A stretch of DNA of 37,367 nucleotides from Phycisphaerae bacterium (GTDB lineage Bacteria; Planctomycetota; Phycisphaerae; UBA1845), in contig JBHHVM010000002.1 of assembly GCA_046754265.1 (NCBI GenBank), forward strand, positions 1-37,367. The letters are read 5' to 3'. This document shows positions 16,302 to 23,413 of this stretch, one piece after another. Positions within the stretch are counted from its first letter, which is position 1; every line of letters starts with the position of its first letter. A model generated the notes under the pieces. It saw only the letters and a program-made list of their open reading frames with translations. It did no database searches and was not told the origin of the DNA. A program made the translations under genes and the position numbers.

Positions 16302-17945
16302 ATGCGCCAACTAAATCAGTCGGGGGACGTTGCTACGGTTATTCAACCCTGGCGACGATGTTGCAGGCATAGGATCACAGCCCTGAGGTCGGACCGGGAG
16401 CGCCCATTCCGCGGAACGACGGTTTTGGCCGCAATGTGGGTCCTGTCGGGCTCGATCGCCCAGCCGGCGGCGGCCGGCACCATCCAATTCGCTGGGCTCA
16501 CCTGGAACGTGAAAGTGGGCGGGCCTGCGGGTCCAGGACCCAACCTGTGGTCCGATAGCCCCGAAAGCGTTTTTGTCGACGCCCAAGGACGGCTCCATCT
16601 CAAAATTCGTCAAATCGGCGGCGTGTGGCACAGCGCCGAGGTCTCCACCCAACAATCCTTCGGGCACGCCGACTACTTGTTCAACATCGACAGTAACGCC
16701 GATCTCTTCGACCGCAACGTCGTGGTTGGACTGTTCACCTTCCTGGATTGCGACAACGAAGTGGACATCGAGTTTTCCCGATGGGGCGTTCCCAGCAACA
16801 TAGCCGGGCAATACGTCACCCAGCCGGCCGTGGCCGGTAACATCAATCGCTTCGACCTGGCCCCTGCCGGCGCCGTCTCTACACACAGCTTTACCTGGCG
16901 GGCCAGCTCCATCTTTTTCCAAAGTTATCAGGGCCAGCACGCCAGCCTGCCGGCTGCACCCGGACAGTTGGTGCATGATTGGCTCTATACCGGTCCCGAC
17001 ATCCCCATCCCCTCCACGGAAAGACTGCATATCAACCTGTGGCAAGTCGGCGGCAACCCGCCATCCGATGGCCAAGAGGTCGAACTGATTGTCAGCAACG
17101 TCATCGTGACACCCATTGGCGCTTGCACCACGGACCAGGAGTGCGACGACGGGCTGTTTTGCACCGGCCCCGAAACGTGCGTCGCAAACACCTGTCAATC
17201 GGCCGGCAACCCTTGCATCGCCCCTGGATTGTCGTGCAACGAAGCCGCCGATCGGTGCGATTGCTCATTCGCCACCGTGACTATCAACGACCTGAACGCC
17301 TTCGCATCCTGCCTGTCGGGCCCCGCCGATGCGTCGGCTGTCGCCTGTTGGTGTTCGGATCGCGACGCGGACGACGACACCGATTTGGAGGATTTCGCCT
17401 GGTTTCAGCGCGACTTCTTTGACGTGGCCCCGTCCGTGTTGTTGTTTGACTTTGAGGACGGCGACCAGGGGTGGTTTTCGTTCGGTGCCGGAACCGTGGA
17501 CAGCGGTTTGCTGCCCACGGGCGGCTCCGGCGGGGCCGGGCCGCAAGGGCGATTCCACCGAGCCAACTTCGGCGACCCCACCATGACGTTCGGGTTCGGG
17601 GACATCTCTCCCCCGGGCCAGGACATGTCACCGTTTACCGGAATGAGCATTGACGCCAGGCTAACCAGTTACGATCCCCTCGATCCCTATATGGGCAACG
17701 GTATCATCGAGTTCGGGCTTTCCATCGGCTCGGCTGAATGGCACAGCTTCCACGCGCTGACTCCAGACTACCTGACCCTGGTGGTCGATTTCGTCGATCT
17801 GGTACCGGACGGAATCTTTGCCACCCAGCCTATCACCGCCGCTCAACTGGCCAACCCCAGCCTGGCGATCAAGATGGTCATGCGCAGAGCGGGCAACGGG
17901 GGGAAAGTCGAACTCGACTACGACCAGCTTCGTGGGTTGCCCTAA
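16302..17945 (+). CDS. Secreted mosaic protein: GH16-like concanavalin-fold domain, Cys-rich linker, dockerin-like repeat, C-terminal CBM-like module
   Basis: Strong SD. Signal-like VLAAMWVLSGSIAQPAAA. Jelly-roll region with an ExDxE-type motif (DCDNEVDIEFSRWG). Cys-rich segment CTTDQECDDGLFCTGPETCVANTCQSAGNPC. Dockerin-like DRDADDDTDLEDFAWFQRDFF. The C-terminal 170 aa (VLLFDFEDGDQGWFSFG...MSIDARL) are homologous to the PEP-CTERM gene at 8145-8803. Confidence 0.75.
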   Translation: MRQLNQSGDVATVIQPWRRCCRHRITALRSDRERPFRGTTVLAAMWVLSGSIAQPAAAGTIQFAGLTWNVKVGGPAGPGPNLWSDSPESVFVDAQGRLHLKIRQIGGVWHSAEVSTQQSFGHADYLFNIDSNADLFDRNVVVGLFTFLDCDNEVDIEFSRWGVPSNIAGQYVTQPAVAGNINRFDLAPAGAVSTHSFTWRASSIFFQSYQGQHASLPAAPGQLVHDWLYTGPDIPIPSTERLHINLWQVGGNPPSDGQEVELIVSNVIVTPIGACTTDQECDDGLFCTGPETCVANTCQSAGNPCIAPGLSCNEAADRCDCSFATVTINDLNAFASCLSGPADASAVACWCSDRDADDDTDLEDFAWFQRDFFDVAPSVLLFDFEDGDQGWFSFGAGTVDSGLLPTGGSGGAGPQGRFHRANFGDPTMTFGFGDISPPGQDMSPFTGMSIDARLTSYDPLDPYMGNGIIEFGLSIGSAEWHSFHALTPDYLTLVVDFVDLVPDGIFATQPITAAQLANPSLAIKMVMRRAGNGGKVELDYDQLRGLP

Positions 17946-18003
17946 GCGGGGTATGGGCAGCTCACTTTGTTTGAGAGGTACTACTGGCGTAGTCTGGGTG
18001 GCG

Positions 18004-18591
18004 ATGAAGCCGCCAGCGATTCTGGTTTTTGCCAAATGTCCACAACCCGGACGGGTCAACACGCGACTGTGCCCGTCGTTGTCGCCGCAGATCGCATCCG
18101 ACCTGCACGCGGCGTGTGTGGCCTACACCTGTGGGTGCCTGGCGCGAGCGATTCCGGCGCAGCGCAGAGTGGTGGTCTCGCCGGATGATTCGGGTGCAAG
18201 ATTCGCAGACCTGGTCGGACCGGATTGGGAGGTTTGGGCACAGGGTGATGGCAACCTGGGTGATCGATCGGATCGGAACATCGACCGGGCTCTGTCGATG
18301 GGCCACCCCAAGGTCATGTGCCTGGGCCCCTGCCGGGGCGGGGGTGTTTATCTGCTCGGAGTAGCGGGCTGTTGCCCTGGGTTGTTGGAGGGAATTGACT
18401 GGGGCGGACCGACCGTGACTGAGGGCTTGCGGGCCAATGCCGAATGCGTAGCCGGCGGCGCCGCCCTGTTGGAGGGCTGGTACGATATTGACAGGGCGGA
18501 TTCAGGCGGGCGTAGAGTTACCGACCGTTCAACGACTGGCTGGCCATGCCAGCATCCAGACGACGTTGAAGTATTACCACCACGTCAGTGA
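18004..18591 (+). CDS. DUF2064-family (nucleotidyltransferase-fold, TIGR04282-like) protein, apparently degenerate
   Basis: ATG at 18004. The N-terminus MKPPAILVFAKCPQPGRVNTRL is the DUF2064 hallmark, followed by QGDGNLGDR and GGGVYLLGV...IDWGGPTV blocks. The segment between VMCLG and the (D)GGY block looks shortened, DGGY reads GGGV, and the C-terminal ~30 codons read through an out-of-frame integrase fragment. Confidence 0.55.
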   Translation: MKPPAILVFAKCPQPGRVNTRLCPSLSPQIASDLHAACVAYTCGCLARAIPAQRRVVVSPDDSGARFADLVGPDWEVWAQGDGNLGDRSDRNIDRALSMGHPKVMCLGPCRGGGVYLLGVAGCCPGLLEGIDWGGPTVTEGLRANAECVAGGAALLEGWYDIDRADSGGRRVTDRSTTGWPCQHPDDVEVLPPRQ

Positions 18592-18640
18592 CAAGGCCCT
18601 TTGGCAAGGCGCCGCCAAGAAGCGGCAGGCGGTGGGATGA
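18506..18640 (+). pseudogene. 3'-terminal remnant of a tyrosine recombinase (phage-type integrase) gene
   Basis: No ATG, so it is absent from the ORF track. The frame beginning after the TAG at 18449 translates as ...AGVELPDVQRLAGHASIQTTLKYYHHVSDKALWQGAAKKRQAVG*. This is the conserved C-terminal LGH-x-x-x-x-T-x-x-Y-x-H box containing the catalytic Tyr. Only about 45-60 codons survive. The stop lies 92 nt upstream of tRNA-Arg. Confidence 0.6.
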
Positions 18641-18676
18641 TGCCCGGTTTCTGCGACCGTTCTGCCACGGGATACG

Positions 18677-18705
18677 TTGCCTGAAATGGCTCAAAACCCT
18701 AAGAT
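18677..18705 (+). promoter_or_regulatory. Candidate promoter for tRNA-Arg
   Basis: TTGCCT (18677-18682), 17-nt spacer, TAAGAT (18700-18705), about 27 nt upstream of the mature tRNA 5' end. Confidence 0.3.
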
Positions 18706-18731
18706 GTTGTGTGGCAGCAAGTTAAGTAAGA

Positions 18732-18806
18732 GCGCCGGTAGCTCAGTCTGGATAGAGCATCGGATTTCTAATCCGAATGTCGTGGGTTCGAGTCCCGCCC
18801 GGCGCG
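18732..18806 (+). tRNA. tRNA-Arg (anticodon UCU)
   Basis: Hand-folded cloverleaf. Acceptor GCGCCGG/CCGGCGC (7 bp). D arm GCTC-AGTCTGGATA-GAGC. Anticodon arm TCGGA-TTTCTAA-TCCGA (U33, anticodon TCT, A37). Variable loop ATGTC. T arm GTGGG-TTCGAGT-CCCGC. Discriminator G. CCA is not encoded. Confidence 0.93.
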
Positions 18807-19090
18807 ATCCACAATCCACCGCTGAGCTGGGCGAATCGCCGGGCCTGGGCTTTGGAGACGGGCATTCAACGTCATCCCTTTACACGTTCTTGACCGGCGA
18901 CCGCATGAGGTGTGGGACTCCCCGAGTCGGTCGCGTCCGAGAACACCGGTGGCGGGCGGTCGGGAGTGCCTTAGACCCGCCCGTTTAGACGACGGGGCCT
19001 GATTGGCGTCCAAATGCTGATATCCGCGGGCTGATTCGGGTATGATGGGACTTGTAGGGCGGGCCCACGATTTTGGGGAGCTATAAATCC

Positions 19091-20761
19091 ATGACCGCAG
19101 TCAGATTGTTGATGCCCGTCTTTGCTGCACTGACTTTGGCGGGTTGGGCCGAGCATCGTGCCACCGCTTCGGAGGGGCTGCACGCGGAGGTAATCCTTCC
19201 GCCGGCGAACGGCGATCGCCCGGGGCAGGCTGAACGGTTTCGCCAATGGCGAGATTGGTTGGCCGGTCATGGAATCGAGGTCTCGCGCTGCGGCTTCGAC
19301 CCGCTCCGAGGCGCGGTGACGGTGGATATCGCTTCGGCCGATGAGGTTAAGGTGCTCGAAAAGGCCGGGTTCGCGTTCGTCTCGCCGCCGAGCCCTTCGG
19401 GGCCTGCCGACCTGCTGCGGACCCAATCTCAGTACTTCGACCCTCTTGAAATCGAGGCCATGCTGCTGCAGGTCGTGACGGACCATCCCACCATCGCCAC
19501 CGTGTTCTCCGTGGCCTCGACGTTCGAGGGCCGAAACCTGCTGGCCCTCGAAATCTCCGATCAGCCGGGTGTGGCCGAGGACGAGCCCTCCATTCAGTTC
19601 AATGCCCAGCACCATGCCCGAGAGGTGGCCACCTCGAACGTGGCCATGGACATCGTCGAACAACTCACCAATGGATACGGCACCGACCCGATCATCACCC
19701 AATGGGTGGACACCTATAAGACGGTGGTGGTGCCCATGGTCAACCCCGACGGAGTGCAATACGTCTTCGACGTGGATAGCTTCTGGCGCAAGAACCGCCA
19801 AGTGTATGCCTGTGTCGGTGTGGATCAAAACCGCAACTATCCGTACCTGTGGGGCCCCGGGTGCGGGTCCAGTGGCGTCTGCACCAGTAGTACCTACCGC
19901 GGTCCATCGTCGGCCTCGGAACTGGAAACCCAAGGCATGTTGGCCCTTTGGGACCAGTACCATTTCACCATGGCGACCTCTTATCACTCCTCGGGGCGGT
20001 TCATCGACTATCCCTATGCGTGCAGCGACGGCTCGCCCAGTCAGCAGATGCCCGAACACGCCGTCATCGACGAGATGATGCGCGGCGTGGCCGACGGGAT
20101 TTTCGCCGTCGACGGCGTCACTTATTCCGTCTTTTCACCGGTGGCATTGGGCGGCGTCAACGGGGATGACACCAGTTGGTACTACGCCCATCGGGGGACC
20201 TATCCGTTCATCATCGAAGTGGGGACCAGCTTCGAACCGCCGTTCAGCCAGGTGGCGGGGATCGTGAATCGCAACCGCGGCGGTTGGCGCTACATGTACG
20301 AACGTTTGGGACAGGCTCGCATCGACGTCCACGTGACCGACGCCTGCACCGGCCAACCTTTGGAGGCGAAGGTGACGCTGACCGACTTCGCGTACGACAC
20401 CGGCGAGCTGCCCCGCAGCACGTTCTTGCCGTTCGGACGATGGACTTACGTGGTGGTGGCCAACACGACGTACACCGTGCGGGCATCGGCGGCTGGCTTC
20501 GTCACCCAGGATGTGCCCGTGTTCGTGGCCAACGCCCCGGCAGCGCTGACCATGGCCTTGGAACGGACCGTGCCACCGACCTTTGGCGATTCCAACTGTG
20601 ACGGCAACGTCGATCTGGCCGACCACACCAACTTCGCCGGCTGCTTGACCGGTCCCACCGGCGCCGTCGATGCGGGCTGCGGCATCTTCGACGACCAGCC
20701 CGACAGCCACGTTGACCTGTCCGACTACGCAGCCTTTGCCCGGGTTGTGACTTTTCCGTAG
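19091..20761 (+). CDS. Secreted M14-family zinc carboxypeptidase with C-terminal dockerin-like repeat pair
   Basis: ORF from 19073 (TTG). I prefer ATG 19091 (MTAVRLLMPVFAALTLAGWA, signal peptide), which has GGGGAG about 10 nt upstream. M14 motifs: EGRNLLALEIS, FNAQHHAREVAT (HxxE zinc site), VVVPMVNPDG, WRKNR, SYHSSG. A Cpase-regulatory-like beta domain is followed by GDSNCDGNVDLADHTNFAGCLTGP and DDQPDSHVDLSDYAAFARV. Confidence 0.85.
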   Translation: MTAVRLLMPVFAALTLAGWAEHRATASEGLHAEVILPPANGDRPGQAERFRQWRDWLAGHGIEVSRCGFDPLRGAVTVDIASADEVKVLEKAGFAFVSPPSPSGPADLLRTQSQYFDPLEIEAMLLQVVTDHPTIATVFSVASTFEGRNLLALEISDQPGVAEDEPSIQFNAQHHAREVATSNVAMDIVEQLTNGYGTDPIITQWVDTYKTVVVPMVNPDGVQYVFDVDSFWRKNRQVYACVGVDQNRNYPYLWGPGCGSSGVCTSSTYRGPSSASELETQGMLALWDQYHFTMATSYHSSGRFIDYPYACSDGSPSQQMPEHAVIDEMMRGVADGIFAVDGVTYSVFSPVALGGVNGDDTSWYYAHRGTYPFIIEVGTSFEPPFSQVAGIVNRNRGGWRYMYERLGQARIDVHVTDACTGQPLEAKVTLTDFAYDTGELPRSTFLPFGRWTYVVVANTTYTVRASAAGFVTQDVPVFVANAPAALTMALERTVPPTFGDSNCDGNVDLADHTNFAGCLTGPTGAVDAGCGIFDDQPDSHVDLSDYAAFARVVTFP

Positions 20762-20775
20762 CTTCGCCGGCCGGG

Positions 20776-20794
20776 TTTTTGATACACTGAACCC
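20776..20794 (+). repeat. Direct repeat copy 1: TTTTTGATACACTGAACCC
   Basis: Shares 13 identical leading nt (TTTTTGATACACT) plus an AA..CCC tail with the copy at 20931-20950. It is an AT-rich motif in GC-rich intergenic DNA, starting 15 nt after the M14 stop codon. Confidence 0.5.
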
Positions 20795-20837
20795 ACGGCG
20801 TAGCCCTTGGCCGCAACCGATTGAGGCTGGGCACGAA

Positions 20838-20935
20838 GGCGCGGTGGGTGGCACGGTCAAGCGCAGCTTGGCCGTGGATGTCGCCCTAGCCACGGCCTGG
20901 CTGCGCCAGACCGTGCCACCCTGCGCCGTCTTTTT
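20838..20935 (+). terminator. Very long imperfect hairpin followed by a T5 run (intrinsic-terminator-like)
   Basis: Left arm 20838-20877 pairs with right arm 20890-20927 in blocks of 5, 12, 7 and 8 bp. These include the perfect GGTGGCACGGTC/GACCGTGCCACC pair. Small internal loops separate the blocks, and the apical loop is 12 nt. GTCTTTTT follows directly (T run 20931-20935). Confidence 0.4.
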
Positions 20936-20950
20936 GATACACTCAAACCC
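20931..20950 (+). repeat. Direct repeat copy 2: TTTTTGATACACTCAAACCC
   Basis: Second copy of the motif at 20776-20794. It abuts the 3' side of the long hairpin and lies 35 nt upstream of the ATG at 20985. Confidence 0.5.
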
Positions 20951-20984
20951 TGGGGCCGACGCGGAATGATTCGGAGGGGCCGGG

Positions 20985-22385
20985 ATGACAGGCGATAGAT
21001 CTGATTGTCTTCGACCGCGATTGGTCTGCACGGCTTGCCTGCCGGCGCTTCTTCTCGGATTGGTTTCGAGCCGGACCTCGTTGGCCGATTGTACGCTGAC
21101 TTCCACCGGAAAGACGCCGCTGAATGACCTGGGAGGTGGGACGTACTTGGGGCAGGCGGGGGGTTTGTACCCTAACGGGGGCAACGTTCGGCCGGCGGCG
21201 CATTCGTCGGCTGGGCTGGACATCGCCAACAATCAGATCATCCCGCTCAACGCAGCCGGCCAACCCGACCCGATCAGCGGCGTCATCGTGTTGGTCTCGA
21301 TTGGTTTGTCAAACACGACGCAGGAATTCGCCACGCGGGGCCCCGGCGCGTTCAAGCCTCGAGCGGATGCGGACCCGGCCAAGAACCCGCAACTTGTCAT
21401 TGTCGATTGCGCCCAAGGCGGCGTCGCAGCCGTGCAGTGGGCCAACCCCGCCAACCAAGCCTGGACCGTGGCCGATCAACGGTTGGCCGGGGCGGGCGTA
21501 TCGCCGGCTCAAGTGCAAGCTGCGTGGGTCAAGCTGGCAGAGCGAAGCAGTGACCCGCCCGATAGCACCTTTCCCGCCCACGCCCAATGGCACCAGGCCA
21601 ATCTCGAGCAGGTCCTGCGCAACCTGCACGTCGAATACCCCAACCTGAAACTGGCCTTTATGACCAGCCGAACGCGATCCTATGAAGACAACCCCCAGGC
21701 CCTAAACCCCGAGCCCTTCGCCTACGAAGAAAATTTCTCGGTCAAATGGGTCGTCGAAGACCAGATTAACGGAGCCGGCAACATCAACTTCGACCCGATG
21801 ACCGGGCCGGTGCTGGCGCCCTTTGTAGTGTGGGGTCCGTACATTTGGACCGATGGCCTGGTGCCGCGTTCGGACGGATTTATATGGCGGTGCCAGGATC
21901 TGGCAGCCGACTTTACGCACCCCTCGCCGGATGGCGTCACCAAGGTGGCCGACCAGCTTGTGGCCTTCTTCAAGACCGACCCGCTGGCCACCCCCTGGTT
22001 TCTTCGCCCAAGCGTGATCGGACAACCGCCGACGGTCTCCATCGGGGCCGACGTGACCGCGGGCCCACCACCGCTTGTGGTGCAATTCTCGGCCCAGGCG
22101 GGCGATCCCGATGGCCAGATCACCGAGACGGCCTGGACGTTTGGCGACGGTGGATTCTCGCTGCAGCCCAACCCAGCCAAGACGTTTCCGATTGCAGGGG
22201 ATTACCCCGTGTATCTGACGGTCACCGACAACGACGGCAACGCGGTGACCACCTCCATGACCATCAATATCGCGCCTGGCGCTCCGGTACCGACCCTTTC
22301 GGGGTGGGGATTGGCGGGGTTGGCCCTGGTGCTGGTCGTGGCAGCAGCCAGGGTCATCGGTCGGCGGACTGTTTCAATTCCTTGA
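20985..22385 (+). CDS. Secreted SGNH/GDSL-like hydrolase with PKD domain and IPTL-CTERM sorting tail
   Basis: SD GGAGG 7 nt upstream. Signal-like CLPALLLGLVSS. SGNH-like blocks VLVSIGLSNT (block I Ser), VDCAQGG (block III) and ADFTHPSPDGVTKVADQL (block V D..H). PKD fold PPLVVQFSAQAGDPDGQITETAWTFGDGG...YPVYLTVTDNDGN. C-terminus VPTLSGWGLAGLALVLVVAAARVIGRR (IPTL-CTERM pattern). Confidence 0.75.
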   Translation: MTGDRSDCLRPRLVCTACLPALLLGLVSSRTSLADCTLTSTGKTPLNDLGGGTYLGQAGGLYPNGGNVRPAAHSSAGLDIANNQIIPLNAAGQPDPISGVIVLVSIGLSNTTQEFATRGPGAFKPRADADPAKNPQLVIVDCAQGGVAAVQWANPANQAWTVADQRLAGAGVSPAQVQAAWVKLAERSSDPPDSTFPAHAQWHQANLEQVLRNLHVEYPNLKLAFMTSRTRSYEDNPQALNPEPFAYEENFSVKWVVEDQINGAGNINFDPMTGPVLAPFVVWGPYIWTDGLVPRSDGFIWRCQDLAADFTHPSPDGVTKVADQLVAFFKTDPLATPWFLRPSVIGQPPTVSIGADVTAGPPPLVVQFSAQAGDPDGQITETAWTFGDGGFSLQPNPAKTFPIAGDYPVYLTVTDNDGNAVTTSMTINIAPGAPVPTLSGWGLAGLALVLVVAAARVIGRRTVSIP

Positions 22386-23124
22386 TCGCCAGAAGGTCGT
22401 CCTTGGGGTCGGGCCGATCCTGGATCTTTCGGGCTACGTGTCGCCAGGCGATGCGTCCCGTCTGGTCGATCAACACGTGGGCCGGCACCGCAATGTCGCC
22501 GCCGTCGAGACCGCCCCCGCGATGAACCAGGCCAAAGGCGTTGATCAGTTGGCGATCGGTGTCGCATAGAATGTCGAAGCCGAGCCCGATCTTTTCCGCC
22601 ACTTTGCGGGCCTGGTCCGGTGGATCGACGGCCACCGCCCAGAGTTGACCTCCTTGCCGAGTCAACTCCGCCTGCACCTCTCCGAGACCTCGGAGCTCTG
22701 CAATACAGGTGAGTCACCAGTGACCTCGATAAAAGACCAACAGCACCGGGCCCTTTTGTAGGGCGTCGGCCAAGGCAACTTGCCTGCCGTTGTGATCGGT
22801 GGCGACGAATTGCGGGGCCAAATCGCCCAACTTCACCGCGCCGACTGCGGGTAAACGGGCGAAGACGAAAAAATAGCCGAAAAAGATCGCCACCAAAGCG
22901 ACATCCAGGCCCACGACCAGACGGCTCAGAAATCGACGGTCCTTCCGCCAAGTGGGCACGCCAACCAGTAAACCGGTCCCCATCAGCAGAAAGGCCGGCA
23001 CGCCCGTAGATCGGACCCACGGGACGGTGAGCAGGACCCAATAGACCATGCCGCCCCCGAAAACCAGCAAAAGACTCAGCAGGACTTTGATGCGGCTGGG
23101 CACTTGCAAGGTGGATGCGTCCAT
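22354..23124 (-). CDS. Membrane-anchored peroxiredoxin-like (AhpC/TSA, PRX_like2-type) thiol oxidoreductase with in-frame UGA: probable selenoprotein (UxxC)
   Basis: ORFs 22714-23124 and 22354-22677 are in the same frame, separated only by the TGA at 22714-22716 and 12 sense codons. Joined sequence: ...GDLAPQFVATDHNGRQVALADALQKGPVLLVFYRGHW-[TGA]-LTCIAELRGLGEVQAELTRQGGQLWAVAVDPPDQARKVAEKIGLGFDILCDTD... The TGA occupies the first Cys of the family motif FYRGxWCPxC. The N-terminus has about 3 TM helices. A SECIS-like hairpin follows. Confidence 0.75.
22672..22703 (-). promoter_or_regulatory. Candidate bacterial SECIS element
   Basis: mRNA sense: UUGCA-GAG-CUCCGA-GGUC-UCGGAG-AGG-UGCAG. Lower stem 5 bp (22699-22703 pairing with 22672-22676). 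3x3 internal loop. Upper stem 6 bp (22690-22695 pairing with 22680-22685). Apical GGUC tetraloop at 22686-22689. The loop starts 24 nt after the UGA. The E. coli fdhF SECIS has GCA-GGUC-UGC starting 18 nt after its UGA. Confidence 0.6.
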
Positions 23125-23252
23125 CGTCGCTCGATCTAAGACAGTTAAGCTGAAACTCCACGTAGCCCTATGGCGCCAACCTGGGCCATGCGCGTTTGGG
23201 CGGTACGGCGCACGAGATTATGGGATCAAGGGGCGGCTGGCAATGGATTGCG

Positions 23253-23282
23253 TTGCATTGGTGGGCAAGTAAACGGTACAAT
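23253..23282 (+). promoter_or_regulatory. Candidate sigma70-like promoter for the LTD/dockerin gene
   Basis: TTGCAT (23253-23258), 18-nt spacer, TACAAT (23277-23282), about 130 nt upstream of the GTG at 23414. Confidence 0.35.
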
Positions 23283-23413
23283 TTCATACACTAGGATTGG
23301 GGCCGGCATGTGCGGAATACCTTGAAGTCACGTGCCAAGCGGGAGTTGTGCGCCCTCCAAACAGAAGGACCGGGGCCACGCCCATGTTGGCCTCAGGAAA
23401 GAGGCACTAACCT

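Noticed and set aside
16311-17198. 295-aa minus-strand ORF and several smaller ORFs overlapping the GH16-like gene.
   Set aside because: Antisense shadow ORFs. The plus-strand frame has an SD, a signal peptide and multiple domain homologies.
17818-18003. N-terminal extension of the DUF2064 ORF (start at 17818), which overlaps the end of the GH16-like gene.
   Set aside because: Family homology begins exactly at MKPPAILVFAK (ATG 18004). The extension overlaps the upstream gene by 128 nt and has no homology.
20795-20930. The hairpin element interpreted as a MITE with a 19-20 bp target-site duplication.
   Set aside because: The inverted repeat is not terminal on the left side; 43 nt separate it from the left direct repeat. 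The duplication would be unusually long. With no second copy in the window, mobility cannot be claimed, so it is kept only as one alternative in the finding.
18971-21232. Minus-strand ORFs of 362 aa (18971-20059) and 365 aa (20135-21232) opposite the M14 peptidase and SGNH genes.
   Set aside because: Antisense to genes with clear catalytic motifs. Composition is Arg/Gly/His-rich and low complexity, and the second ORF spans an intergenic region containing a hairpin.
18004-23124. Functional link between the DUF2064 gene and the selenoprotein 4 kb away. The family is annotated in TIGRFAMs as rSAM/selenodomain-associated transferase.
   Set aside because: Unrelated genes and a tRNA separate the two. 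No radical-SAM gene is present and the DUF2064 copy looks degenerate. The coincidence is noted but is not evidence.
22202-23161. 319-aa minus-strand ORF in a different frame across the Prx-like gene.
   Set aside because: The translation is Arg/Gly/Pro/Ser-rich with no motifs. The alternative frame gives a clean thioredoxin-fold alignment on both sides of the UGA.
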